NCBI GenBank assembly: GCA_002448235.1
Contig: DIXF01000001.1
Span: 137,136-201,135 of the forward strand
Direction: 5' to 3'
Source of the DNA: Syntrophaceae bacterium UBA6087
GTDB lineage: Bacteria > Desulfobacterota > Desulfomonilia > UBA1062
Length of the DNA: 64,000 nt
The number at the start of each line of letters is the position of its first letter. Positions within the stretch are counted from its first letter, which is position 1. This document shows positions 38,656 through 48,165 of this stretch, piece by piece. The position numbers were made by a program, and so were the translations under genes. The notes below the pieces were generated by a model. That model made no database searches, was not told the DNA's origin, and saw only the letters and a program-made list of their open reading frames with translations.

Positions 38656-41331
38656 CTATTTCCTTCCAAAGAGGTCTTTGAATCTCGTATATTCGCTTAT
38701 CTCGTTGTCGAGAGCCACTTCGCGAAGAGAGTTGTTCGCAAGATTTTGCAGCGTCTTATCTTTTGTCTGCTGAAGCACTTGGGTCAGGAGCTTTGTCGCC
38801 TCTTCGTCGTTGCCTTCGCCATGGTGTACCTGGGCAAGGTGGTAGAGTGCCCATTCCCTGATGGGCGTCTGCGGATAGGTATTGAGCAGCTTTGTGTAGA
38901 GCGCTCGCGCCCTTGCCGGTGTTTCCGTCTGTCTGAGCTCGTTGGCCCGGGCATAGAGGGCCTCTTCTATGACGGGAGATTTCATGGAATCGGCGTAGGC
39001 GACGATCCGGTCGAGAGCTGCAGCCTCGCCCGCCTTGTTGCCGAGCTTGCGATGGGTTTTTGCCAGATACAGGAGATCGAAAAGCGCCCTCTCGCCGCCC
39101 TGGCGTATGGAATGCTCAAGGAAGGGCACGGCCTCGGCGAAGTGGTTCGTCCGGTAGAGGATTTCACCCCGGATTGCCTGCATCTTTACATAGTCTTTTC
39201 CCTGGGGGTATCCCTTCAGATATCTCGTGTTCCATACAAGTGCTCCGGCGTAGTTCCCTTTCCGGTAGTCGACGGAGAACAGGATGGACAAAGCACGGTC
39301 GGTTCTGTCGGACGGATACTTGATGCAGGCCCGAAGCATTGCGTGCGCCTGGTCCAGATAGCCCAGCTCGTTCATGGCCCTGCCGAGGGCGAACAGCGCT
39401 TCCGGGCTCTTCAGGTCCCGCATGAAGCTGTCCTGAAAGAGGAGATAGAGGTCCCAGACCCGGTCATGCTTTCCCAGGGTGTCGAGGTTTCCGAGATGGA
39501 CGGCCAGCGCTTTCTCCGCTTCTCCCTGGGCATATTTGTGGATGGGATCGTTTTTCTTCGTGCTCAGCCATGCAAGCTGGTATGCATCCAGCGCATTGTC
39601 CCATTCGCTGCGCTTCGCATAGGTCTGGGCGAGGCGTATCTTGATGATCGACCCCAGCGGTCCTTCCTCGTACTCCTTTGTCGACTTGAGATCTTCGTAG
39701 ATATACACCATCTGGTGGAACGCCTTGTCGGAGAGCTTGCCGTCATTCTTCTCCAGATCCTTTTCCTCGATCATCCGGGCTGTCTTGAGCTTGGCAATGA
39801 CGTCGCTCTGGCTGTCGGGCGACATGTTCTCCACCTCGGACAGGACCCCCATCGCCTTCCCGGTCTGCCCAAGCTGGTAGAGGCAATCGCCGAGCGATAT
39901 GAGGTACGGCGCCTTGTCTTCCTTGCGGCTTACGTTGATGGCGAGAAGGAGATAGTCTTTTGCCGTGGCGTAATCGCGCGAATAGTAGGCCGCCTCTCCC
40001 ATCCTGGCATAAAGCCCCGGATCGGCGATAAAGAGTCCGGGGTCTGCCGCAAGGGCGTTCCGGTAGAGCTTCATGGCCCGGGAATGGGCATTGAGGCCGA
40101 GATACGTATCGGCGAGGATTGAATGGTAATATGCCGTGAGCTTCGGGGGGATGCCTTCTTCCTCGAATACGCTCAGCATGCGCCTGTTCTCGACAAAAGC
40201 ATCCTGGAACATCTTCTTGTTGTTCAGGATATCGATCTCGATGAGGTGCGTCTCTGCGGAGATTTCCGTATCGATGGAATCCTTGAGGAACTTTACAAAC
40301 TTCTCCGCTTCGGTGAACATCCTGGAGCGGTTGAGCATTCTTAAATATTCGAGCATGACCGACTCCCGAACAATCCCGGGGGTCATGCCCTGGATGCCTG
40401 AGCTCATGTGCTTCAGGGCTTTCATCGAGTATGCTTCCATATAGTAGGGGTATGCGATCTTCCAGTAGGCCTTGCCGAGAAGGATGCTCTCCTGGGGGGT
40501 GAGTGAATCCTTGTAGTGCTCAAGCGCGTGAATCGCCGATGCGGTATCGTTCTGCTCCAATGATTTTTCTGCAAGCGCCAGGGTGTTCGCCCGGCTCATC
40601 CGGCCGGAAGTGTTGATGTCGAGGATTATCCTGCTCTCTTTTTGGAGAGTCTTTATCTCCACGTCCACCTGCGGGTCGGTGATGCTTATGGCCAGAGCAG
40701 TGCCGCCAAGCATCCTGATAGGCTCTTCGAGGCTCAGCGAAGGAACCCTTGAGATCTTGTCGCCGATGTTCGCGCAGGTTACGTCTCCTTTGAAGATGAG
40801 GAACACACGGCGGTTTTTCGCGTACCGCACCTCGGGCCACATGCCGTTCTGCACAAAGATCTCCACGTTGATTCCGGTATTGTTGGGTTTTGCCTGAATA
40901 TCCCCGATCGGGCAGATTGCCTCCCTGCCTTTCTTCTCGACGATATCGATCACATACCGGGCAGGCTTCTCGGTAAAGCTGGTGGAGAATTCGAAAGACT
41001 GCTTCATGGATATCTTGGCGGTCTTGCCGTCAAAGGCGAGGTCCTGGATCATGAAACTGTCCGTTATCGAGACAGGATCTCCGATAGTGTCCGGAAAATT
41101 GACGATCAGCGACTGGTCTTCCTGTATGATTCTCGGGATAACAAGCTCCTGAAGGTAGAAGACCAGACGCGACTGGCCCGGCCGCCCGCCCGCCTGGATA
41201 ACGTCTTTAGCCGCCGTCAGCGGTGACGGGAGGCATATGGCCGCGAGCAGTGCCCATAGGGCAGAGACGCAAAAGGCGCTGATCGGATGTTTTCCTCGTT
41301 TTTTCACTCCCTCAAGAAATACAACTTTCAT
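38656..41331 (-). CDS. Large secreted tetratricopeptide-repeat (TPR) protein.
   Basis: 891 aa with an N-terminal signal/anchor and many TPR-like repeats (...AYYSRDYATAKDYLLLAINV..., ...ALFALGRAMNELGYLDQAHAML...). It sits directly upstream of the FleQ-like gene with an 8-nt gap. Confidence 0.7.
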   Translation of the reverse strand: MKVVFLEGVKKRGKHPISAFCVSALWALLAAICLPSPLTAAKDVIQAGGRPGQSRLVFYLQELVIPRIIQEDQSLIVNFPDTIGDPVSITDSFMIQDLAFDGKTAKISMKQSFEFSTSFTEKPARYVIDIVEKKGREAICPIGDIQAKPNNTGINVEIFVQNGMWPEVRYAKNRRVFLIFKGDVTCANIGDKISRVPSLSLEEPIRMLGGTALAISITDPQVDVEIKTLQKESRIILDINTSGRMSRANTLALAEKSLEQNDTASAIHALEHYKDSLTPQESILLGKAYWKIAYPYYMEAYSMKALKHMSSGIQGMTPGIVRESVMLEYLRMLNRSRMFTEAEKFVKFLKDSIDTEISAETHLIEIDILNNKKMFQDAFVENRRMLSVFEEEGIPPKLTAYYHSILADTYLGLNAHSRAMKLYRNALAADPGLFIADPGLYARMGEAAYYSRDYATAKDYLLLAINVSRKEDKAPYLISLGDCLYQLGQTGKAMGVLSEVENMSPDSQSDVIAKLKTARMIEEKDLEKNDGKLSDKAFHQMVYIYEDLKSTKEYEEGPLGSIIKIRLAQTYAKRSEWDNALDAYQLAWLSTKKNDPIHKYAQGEAEKALAVHLGNLDTLGKHDRVWDLYLLFQDSFMRDLKSPEALFALGRAMNELGYLDQAHAMLRACIKYPSDRTDRALSILFSVDYRKGNYAGALVWNTRYLKGYPQGKDYVKMQAIRGEILYRTNHFAEAVPFLEHSIRQGGERALFDLLYLAKTHRKLGNKAGEAAALDRIVAYADSMKSPVIEEALYARANELRQTETPARARALYTKLLNTYPQTPIREWALYHLAQVHHGEGNDEEATKLLTQVLQQTKDKTLQNLANNSLREVALDNEISEYTRFKDLFGRK

Positions 41332-41371
41332 GCCAATGGGAAAAAAGAGGTGATGATATTGGACCGGTACG

Positions 41372-41411
41372 CTAAAAAAAGGCCTTTGCCTCCCGGCTCC
41401 GGCAAAGGGGG
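41372..41411 (-). terminator. Rho-independent terminator downstream of the NtrC-family regulator gene.
   Basis: The minus strand reads CCTTTGCCGGAGCCGGGAGGCAAAGG followed by CCTTTTTTTAGC. Confidence 0.5.
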
Positions 41412-41414
41412 AAG

Positions 41415-42818
41415 CTAATCCAGCTTTACTTCTGCGGGTTTTTCAAGCTTCTGCTTCTTGATCTTTTCGACCAGGGTGGTCCGGTTTACGTGCAGGAGTT
41501 TTGCCGCGCGGTTTTTGACCCAGTTGCTCTTGGTGAGGGCCTGCATGATGATGCTTTTCTCAAACTCGCTCACTGCCGTGGAAAGATCTATCCCTGACTC
41601 GGGCAGGTCCAGCCGGGGTACGGTCGATGAAGACCCGGCAGCGCATATCAGAAGCTTTTCGGGGAGGTCGTTTACGTCTACTTCCGTGCCTTCGCATAAG
41701 ACCAGCACGCGCTCCACGAGATTCTCCAGCTCGCGGACATTCCCCGGCCATCGGTACTGCATGAGCACATTCATGGCCCTTTTGGTGAAGCCGGTCACCG
41801 CACTGTTCTTTTCTTTGCCGTACTTGCTCATGAAATGCTTTACGAGCAGAGGAATGTCCTCTTTCCTGTCTCTTAAGGGCGGCAGATTCAGAGGTATGAC
41901 ATTGAGCCGGTAGTAGAGGTCTTCGCGGAACCTGCCTTCGGCAACCTCTTCTTCGAGGTCTTTATTGGTGGCCGCGATAATCCGGACATCGGTCTTGATC
42001 GACTTGACTCCTCCGACCCTCTCGAACTCCCTTTCCTGCAGGACGCGAAGCAGTTTGACCTGGAGGTTCGGGCTCATTTCCGATACCTCGTCAAGGAAGA
42101 TGCTCCCGCTGTGGGCGAGTTCGAAGCGGCCGATCCTGGTCCGGAATGCGCTCGTAAAGGCTCCCTTCTCATGTCCGAACAGCTCGCTCTCGAGCAGCTC
42201 TTCGGGGATTGCCCCGCAGTTGACGGGGACAAAGGGATTCTGCGCCCTCGGGGAATTGTAGTGCAGGGCACGGGCAACGAGCTCTTTGCCTGTTCCCGAC
42301 TCGCCGAGGACCAGCACGGTCGAATCCGTGGACGATACCTTGTCGATGAGGCTGAAGACCTTCTGCATCCTGTCAGAGGTCCCGATGATGTTCTCGAACT
42401 TGTACTTCGCCTTGAGCTGCTGCTTGAGGTATGTATTCTCTTCCTGCAGGGCGAGATGGTCCAGGGCCTTCTTCACTACGACCTTGATCTCGTCGGCCTT
42501 GAAAGGCTTGGTGATGTAATCGAAGGCGCCGAGCTTCATGGCATCGACTGCCGTCTTGACGGAGCCGTACCCCGTGAAGATGATCCCGATGCAGTTCAGC
42601 TTGTTCTCCACGAGGTAGCGGATGACGCCAAGCCCGTCGAGCTCGGGCATCTGGAGGTCGGTCAGCACGACGTGAAACTGGTCCTGTGAAAGCTGGGAGA
42701 TAGCATCCTTGCCGTTGGAGGACGAGCTTACGTTATAGTCTTCCTGAGAAAGTATCTCAGTGAGATAATCCCTGTTCTGCCCTTCGTCATCGACAATAAG
42801 TATATTATATGCGCCCAT
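41415..42818 (-). CDS. Sigma-54-dependent two-component response regulator (NtrC/FlrC family).
   Basis: Receiver domain (ILIVDDEGQNR...VVLTDLQMPELDGL), an AAA+ domain (GESGTGKELVARALH, GAFTSA) and a C-terminal HTH. Confidence 0.85.
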   Translation of the reverse strand: MGAYNILIVDDEGQNRDYLTEILSQEDYNVSSSSNGKDAISQLSQDQFHVVLTDLQMPELDGLGVIRYLVENKLNCIGIIFTGYGSVKTAVDAMKLGAFDYITKPFKADEIKVVVKKALDHLALQEENTYLKQQLKAKYKFENIIGTSDRMQKVFSLIDKVSSTDSTVLVLGESGTGKELVARALHYNSPRAQNPFVPVNCGAIPEELLESELFGHEKGAFTSAFRTRIGRFELAHSGSIFLDEVSEMSPNLQVKLLRVLQEREFERVGGVKSIKTDVRIIAATNKDLEEEVAEGRFREDLYYRLNVIPLNLPPLRDRKEDIPLLVKHFMSKYGKEKNSAVTGFTKRAMNVLMQYRWPGNVRELENLVERVLVLCEGTEVDVNDLPEKLLICAAGSSSTVPRLDLPESGIDLSTAVSEFEKSIIMQALTKSNWVKNRAAKLLHVNRTTLVEKIKKQKLEKPAEVKLD

Positions 42819-42920
42819 ACATGGAATCCTAAGCAGATGCTATAGCACATCCCTCATGGTGCGTCAATATCTAGACGCTCAAGGGAAAACAAAAAAGAAG
42901 AGGCGGTTGCGTAAGGGCGT

Positions 42921-43205
42921 CTAACTCTTGCTCTCGTTTACGCGATCTCTCATGTCCTTGCCGGATTTGAAGAAGGGGAGCGTCTTTTCTTTGACCTGTA
43001 TCTTCTCTCCGCTCTTCGGGTTCCTGCCGATGTAGGGCTTATAGTCTCTCATTACGAAGCTGCCGAATCCGCGAATCTCTACCCGGCGGCTGTTTTTCAT
43101 TGCATCGACCATGGAATTCAGTATTGTATTTACCATTGCTTCGGCTTTCTTGGGATGGATAGCCATACGCATTGACAGCTCTTCTATCAGTTCGGATTTA
43201 TTCAT
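42921..43205 (-). CDS. ihfB: Integration host factor, beta subunit.
   Basis: MNKSELIEEL...RRVEIRGFGSF...GRNPKSGEKIQV...PFFKSGKDMRDRVN matches the IHF-beta/HU-fold consensus. The internal start MNKSEL is preferred over the listed start at 43217. Confidence 0.8.
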   Translation of the reverse strand: MNKSELIEELSMRMAIHPKKAEAMVNTILNSMVDAMKNSRRVEIRGFGSFVMRDYKPYIGRNPKSGEKIQVKEKTLPFFKSGKDMRDRVNESKS

Positions 43206-43275
43206 CTGTACCTCCACACATTAGGTTACATAATTAAATATAGGGGGTTGTGGAACTATGTCAAGGTTTTTTATG

Positions 43276-43992
43276 CTATTTTAATGTCTTATGAAGTTTT
43301 TCGATTTCGGGTTTCGACAGTTTTCTTACCTCGCCGGGTGCCATTCCTCCCACGGTAATGGGACCCACCGAAACGCGTTTGATGGAAACCACCTCTAAAC
43401 CTACTGCTTTAGCCATTCTCTTGATCTGGTTCTTGAGCCCCTGGCGCAAGGTGATCTTTATCAGGGAACCGTTGTCCCGATGCCTTAAAAGATCTATTTG
43501 TGCGGGCCGCGTCTTTTTCCCGTCAAGGGTGACGCCCTCGGACATCATATCAAGCTGTTCGGGCGTTGCCTTGGGTAAAAGTGAAACGATATAGGTCTTG
43601 GGTACATTGTGGGAAGGGTGGTGCAGGGTATGCGCCAAATGACCGTCATTCGTCAGGAGGAGCAGCCCCTCGGCGTCAAAATCGAGCCTTCCGATCGGGA
43701 AGACCCCGTCATACTGTATCGGGATGAGATCCTTGATGCACTGCCTGCCTTCTGGGTCGTGCAGCGTGGTGACGACATTCCTGGGCTTGTACGCGGCCAG
43801 ATATACAAGCTCCTGGGGCCTTACCTCACGGCCGTCTATGGTTATCGTGTCGCGGTCGGGATCGACGGTGCCTCCCAGCAAGGCCGTGCGGCCGTTCAGG
43901 CCGACCCGGCCGTCGCGGAGGAGCTCATCGGCCTTCCTGCGGGATATGGCCCCGGTAGAGGCGATATATCTGTTGATGCGTACCTTTGACAT
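43276..43992 (-). CDS. rRNA pseudouridine synthase (RsuA/RluB family) with an N-terminal S4 domain.
   Basis: S4 domain (INRYIASTGAISRRKADELLRDGRV) and catalytic motif GRLDFDAEGLLLLTNDG. Confidence 0.85.
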   Translation of the reverse strand: MSKVRINRYIASTGAISRRKADELLRDGRVGLNGRTALLGGTVDPDRDTITIDGREVRPQELVYLAAYKPRNVVTTLHDPEGRQCIKDLIPIQYDGVFPIGRLDFDAEGLLLLTNDGHLAHTLHHPSHNVPKTYIVSLLPKATPEQLDMMSEGVTLDGKKTRPAQIDLLRHRDNGSLIKITLRQGLKNQIKRMAKAVGLEVVSIKRVSVGPITVGGMAPGEVRKLSKPEIEKLHKTLK

Positions 43993-44120
43993 AGAAAGCT
44001 ACTATATACAGGTTTTTGTCTCCGTGTCTAATGCTGCTGTATCCGGGATATCCGTGTATAGCCCCATGTCGGCGGGTGAGATGAACGGCGGGCCGGGAGG
44101 AAAGGGTTTGGGGAAGGCGA

Positions 44121-44600
44121 TCAGTCGAGCTGCTCTTTGCACAGCTCGCATCGCTCGAAACAAAACGGCTCGGTGTCGTCGTATACAATGAGACCTACTT
44201 CATTCTGCACCCCGTATTCGAGGATGCATCTGCTGCAGAAAAGACGGCCCAGGGTATCGACATATCCGATGATGTTGCGGTCTTTGGTATCTTTTGTGAC
44301 GCTCGAATATTTATATTCGCTGATGATTCCCAGAGATCCGCACTCCGGGCATTCGTATCCCTGTTCGGAATCCCAGAAGGTTTCTTTACAGGACGTGTTC
44401 GGGCAGTAATAAGTCGCTACCCGCTTCCTGCTTTTTTCGAACATCCCCTGGATGATTTCTTTATAGAGCCCGGGAAGCTTTGTCTTATGTGTACGAAAGT
44501 CCTGAATCGCATTCTGAACGGTTTCAGAAGGTGTATATTCCTCAACGCCCTCTTCATGCCGGACTTCAAATTCCGGCTTTCCATTAGTCTTTTTCGTCAT
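44121..44600 (-). CDS. Hypothetical Cys-rich protein with paired zinc-ribbon-like CxxC motifs.
   Basis: 159-aa ORF with CPNTSC...CPECG and CSRC...CELC pairs. No further family was recognised. Confidence 0.45.
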   Translation of the reverse strand: MTKKTNGKPEFEVRHEEGVEEYTPSETVQNAIQDFRTHKTKLPGLYKEIIQGMFEKSRKRVATYYCPNTSCKETFWDSEQGYECPECGSLGIISEYKYSSVTKDTKDRNIIGYVDTLGRLFCSRCILEYGVQNEVGLIVYDDTEPFCFERCELCKEQLD

Positions 44601-44689
44601 ATACTCACTCCCTTCCCCCTAAATCCTTGAATAAGGTCGGCATGGCCCGATTTCAATTCCTGCCTGGCCGGGTCCACGGCCGAGTGGCT

Positions 44690-45403
44690 TCAGGCCAGCG
44701 ACAGGGGAACGCGGCAGCCCATCGCCATGCCGGAGGCAGTGATGGAGGTGGAGTATATCAGGACCTCGATACCGCCGGCATATGCCTTTCTCAGCTCACT
44801 GCCCCATCGGGGATCGATATGATCCGCGGGCCGGAACTGGTGTGCATCCATGCGCTGGATCAGGATCAAAAGGACCGAGCGGCAGCCCTGAGCGAGCACC
44901 TCCTGGAGATCCACAAGATGCTTCAGACCTCTTGAACTTACGGCATCCGGAAACATGGCGGTCCCGTCCTGGACATAGGTGCAGCTCTTGACCTCTACGA
45001 AACACTTCTGAACGCCCTCACCACTCAGGAGAAGATCAAGTCGGGATTTCTTGCCCCAGGGGACTTCCTTCCTGACTTCCGAATATCCGGCGAGCTCCGG
45101 GATCAGCCCTTTGCGAACGGCAGAGCTTGCAGCCTCGTTGGCCCTCAGGGTATTCACGACGACAGGGCTTGAGGGCATCTCGATAATTTCCCAGGTATGG
45201 ATAAGCTTTCTTGCAGGGTTGGACGAGCGCGACATCAGGACCCTGCATCCGGGCTGAGAGCATTCCAGCATCCGTCCGGAATTGGGGCAGTGCACGGTGA
45301 TGGTCCCTCCTGAAGGAAGCTCGATATCGGCCAGAAAGCGCTTGTATCGTCTGATGAGGGTGCCGGATTCGAGCTCCGGCCACTGGATGATAGTATCCGG
45401 CAT
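44690..45403 (-). CDS. sfsA: Sugar fermentation stimulation protein SfsA (DNA-binding nuclease-like fold).
   Basis: GTLIRRYKRFLADIEL... is the SfsA N-terminal signature. The internal start MPDTIIQW is preferred. Confidence 0.8.
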   Translation of the reverse strand: MPDTIIQWPELESGTLIRRYKRFLADIELPSGGTITVHCPNSGRMLECSQPGCRVLMSRSSNPARKLIHTWEIIEMPSSPVVVNTLRANEAASSAVRKGLIPELAGYSEVRKEVPWGKKSRLDLLLSGEGVQKCFVEVKSCTYVQDGTAMFPDAVSSRGLKHLVDLQEVLAQGCRSVLLILIQRMDAHQFRPADHIDPRWGSELRKAYAGGIEVLIYSTSITASGMAMGCRVPLSLA

Positions 45404-45476
45404 CCGTTGTTTTTTCACCGCGGAGCTCCTCACTCCCTACTCCTTTCCGACCGGGAGTATGCTAAAACGCCCTTTT

Positions 45477-46754
45477 TTAGAGAACCTCGTTCAGACGTTT
45501 GATGGCGCAGAATTTGCCGCACATGGTGCATACATCGTCCTTGCCGATCTCGCTGGACTCTCTCAAACTTTTTGCCTTGTCGGGATCGAGGCAGCACTTT
45601 ATCTGGCTTTCCCAGTCCAGTTTCTTTCGCGCGTTTGCCATCTCGCATTCCTTTTCCTGTGCGTACTTCATGCCCTTGGCAAGGTCTGCTGCATGGGCGG
45701 CGATCCGGGAAGCGACCACGCCCTCGATGACGTGCTCCACGGTGGGAAGCCTCAAGTGCTCGGCCGGGGTGACATAGCAGAGGAAATCCGCGCCGAAGTA
45801 TGCCGCGAGCGCCCCGCCGATAGCGCCTGCAATATGGTCGTATCCTGCCGCGCAGTCGGTCACGAGGGGTCCGAGCACGTAGAAGGGAGCCCCCTTGCAC
45901 AGGGACTTCTGAATGCGGATGTTCTCCTGGACCATATGGAGAGGCACATGCCCCGGGCCTTCGATGAGCACCTGGACGCCCTTGTCCCAGGCGCGCTGGG
46001 CGAGCTCGGCAAGGGTGACCAGTTCGGTTATCTGCGCGCGGTCGGTTGCGTCGCCCGTTGCGCCGGGGCGCATCCCGTCGCCGAGCGAGATGGTGATGTC
46101 GTACTCCGCCATGATGTCCAGAATCTCGTCGTAATGCTCGAACAAAGGCGATTCCTTGCCGTTCTTCTTCATCCACGACACGAGGAAGGACCCGCCCCGG
46201 CTCACCACATTGAGCAGGCGCTTCTGCGATTCGAGGGCCCTAAGGGCCTGCAGGTTGACGCCCGAGTGGATGGTCATGAAGTCGACGCCTTCTTCCGCCT
46301 GGTTCCGGACGGTTCTGAGAAAATCATCGATGGTCATGTCCGTGATGTCTCTGCAATTGGAGCTGAGCTCGAAGGCCGTCTGGTAGATCGGCACCGTGCC
46401 GATCATCACGGGGGATTCCCTGACGATCTCCCTGCGTATAGAGATGAGCTCGGCGCCGAGCGAAAGGTCCATCACCGCATCTGCGCCGTAGTGAACCGCT
46501 GCGCGGAGCTTCTCGATCTCTTCTGCGGTGTCCATGTGGTAGGGTGACGAGCCGATGTTTGCGTTGATCTTGGTGCGGAGCCCTTTCCCGATGCCCCGCA
46601 CGTTCGGGAAGGATCTCCCCGAGTTTTTCGGTATGGCGATGGTCCCTTCGGCAACACCCGACCGGATAATCTCCGGGTCGAGCCCCTCGTACAGGGCAAC
46701 GGCTTCCATTTCCGGGGTGATCGTTCCGTTCAGAGCGTCTTGTCGCTGCGTCAT
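45477..46754 (-). CDS. thiC: Phosphomethylpyrimidine synthase ThiC.
   Basis: ITPEMEAVALYEGLDPEIIRSGVAEGTIAIPKN...GIGKGLRTKINANIGSS is conserved ThiC sequence. There is a C-terminal Cys motif, CTMCGKFCAIK. The internal start MTQRQD is ATGA-coupled to the thiE stop. Confidence 0.95.
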   Translation of the reverse strand: MTQRQDALNGTITPEMEAVALYEGLDPEIIRSGVAEGTIAIPKNSGRSFPNVRGIGKGLRTKINANIGSSPYHMDTAEEIEKLRAAVHYGADAVMDLSLGAELISIRREIVRESPVMIGTVPIYQTAFELSSNCRDITDMTIDDFLRTVRNQAEEGVDFMTIHSGVNLQALRALESQKRLLNVVSRGGSFLVSWMKKNGKESPLFEHYDEILDIMAEYDITISLGDGMRPGATGDATDRAQITELVTLAELAQRAWDKGVQVLIEGPGHVPLHMVQENIRIQKSLCKGAPFYVLGPLVTDCAAGYDHIAGAIGGALAAYFGADFLCYVTPAEHLRLPTVEHVIEGVVASRIAAHAADLAKGMKYAQEKECEMANARKKLDWESQIKCCLDPDKAKSLRESSEIGKDDVCTMCGKFCAIKRLNEVL

Positions 46755-47800
46755 AATATCTCTCCAATCCTTGTGTGTATGGCTCTCATTTCTGCTGAAG
46801 GGTCCGGGGACATGGCGACGGCCCCGATGCATGCGACATTCCGGCACGGAATACCGGCGAACCCCTCGATCCGTTCGCGGGTGATCCCTCCTATGGCCAC
46901 GACCGGGTGTTTCGACCGGCCGACCGCCGCCCGAAGAGTCTCCACCCCGGTGACCGGGTCCGGATCCTCCTTCGAGAAGGGGGTGAACACCGGGCCGAAC
47001 CCGATGTAATCGACCGGCTCGGACCCTGCCTGCTCGACCTGGTCGAGGGTGTGGGTGGACAGGCCGATCAGCAGCCGGCCGCCTGCAAGCCTGCGCGCCT
47101 CCTTAGGCGGTATGTCGCCCTGTCCGAGGTGGACGCCGTCGGCATGCGCCAGGAGCGCGATGTCCACGCGGTCATTAACGATGAACAGGGTTTCGGATCC
47201 CTTCGTGATCTCCCGGAGCGTGCACGCAAGCTCCAGAAATATTTTTGAATCGGTGCCCTTATACCGGAGCTGCAGGGCCGGTATCTTCTCCGCAACGGCC
47301 ATCTCGGCCATCCTCCCGTACCCGGAAGGCGGATCGGTCAGAATGAGATAAAGGCCTTTGGGCAGAGTCTTTTTCCCCATGAGCTCCATATCGCGCTCGA
47401 TCTGGTAGCAGGCGTACCGTATCTCTTTCATGATGCGGGAAGCGGCGAGAGAATGGAGCTTCATCATTTCCTCCAGGACGCGCAGTGCCTCCTGAACCCG
47501 CTTCATGTTCGATCTGAAGATATCCTTCAGAGACGATCTCTTGTCTTCAAGCGCGCCCTTCGCATCGAACCCCACATCGGCCGATGCATCCCGGGAGGCT
47601 ATGAAAGGGCCGGAATCCACAGCGGAGGCGAGCCGGTGCCGCATGCTTTTCAGCTTCTGCTGCATGCGGGAATCATCGAGGCCGTACCGGAAGATATCCT
47701 CTACTACGCGCAACCCTTCGGTTGCACGGTTGAGGTTGGCATCAATGATTCTTTCACTGTCTCTGTCCATAGTATGAGCGTTTATTCCTGAGTGATGCAT
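46751..47800 (-). CDS. thiE: Thiamine-phosphate synthase ThiE with an N-terminal extension of about 130-140 aa.
   Basis: The C-terminal half carries ThiE motifs: LYLILTDPP, ADGVHLGQGD, IGLSTHT, DYIGFGPVF and VVAIGGI. The N-terminal region is unassigned. The listed ORF start at 47896 is impossible because it lies upstream of the riboswitch terminator. Candidate starts are 47800 or 47770. Confidence 0.8.
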   Translation of the reverse strand: MHHSGINAHTMDRDSERIIDANLNRATEGLRVVEDIFRYGLDDSRMQQKLKSMRHRLASAVDSGPFIASRDASADVGFDAKGALEDKRSSLKDIFRSNMKRVQEALRVLEEMMKLHSLAASRIMKEIRYACYQIERDMELMGKKTLPKGLYLILTDPPSGYGRMAEMAVAEKIPALQLRYKGTDSKIFLELACTLREITKGSETLFIVNDRVDIALLAHADGVHLGQGDIPPKEARRLAGGRLLIGLSTHTLDQVEQAGSEPVDYIGFGPVFTPFSKEDPDPVTGVETLRAAVGRSKHPVVAIGGITRERIEGFAGIPCRNVACIGAVAMSPDPSAEMRAIHTRIGEIL

Positions 47801-47840
47801 CACGGGATAAAAAGGAGCTCCCTTTGCCTTGCCATCCTTT

Positions 47841-47998
47841 GCAAAAAGAGCCGTCCCTTTTATGCAAAGGAGACGGCTCTTTGAAGTTCCTTTCAAACGA
47901 CTCGTGAATGCACCTTCTGTCTCCCTTCGCCGGCATTATCCGGATCAGGTTCGATGGGTATGATCTCAGGCTCTTCAAAATGAACCACCCCATATAAA
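47841..47998 (-). ncRNA. TPP (THI-box) riboswitch with an intrinsic-terminator expression platform, in the leader of thiE-thiC.
   Basis: The minus strand reads GGGGUGGUUC...GCCUGAGAUCAUACCCAUCGAACCUGAUCCGGAUAAUGCCGGCGAAGGGAGA, matching the THI-box consensus (CUGAGA, UACCC, ACCUGAUCYGGAUAAUGCCRGCG.AGGGA). A terminator hairpin AGAGCCGUCUCC...GGGACGGCUCU plus a U-run follows. Confidence 0.85.
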
Positions 47999-48165
47999 AG
48001 AGCCCTGTTTTTATATACCAGCACCCGGGGGCAGTCAAGGAACAATCAGGTTATCCGTCAGCTGCCGAAGAGCGGTACAAAAAAAAGAATTATGGTTAAA
48101 AAGGGACCAGACGTCTGCGGTAAAATTTTGACACCGCCGCAGCCATGCGGTATAAGGCGCGCATA

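Noticed and set aside
47754-48038. 94-aa ORF on the minus strand.
   Set aside because: It overlaps the TPP riboswitch aptamer and the thiE leader. The region is clearly structured RNA (THI-box consensus), not coding.
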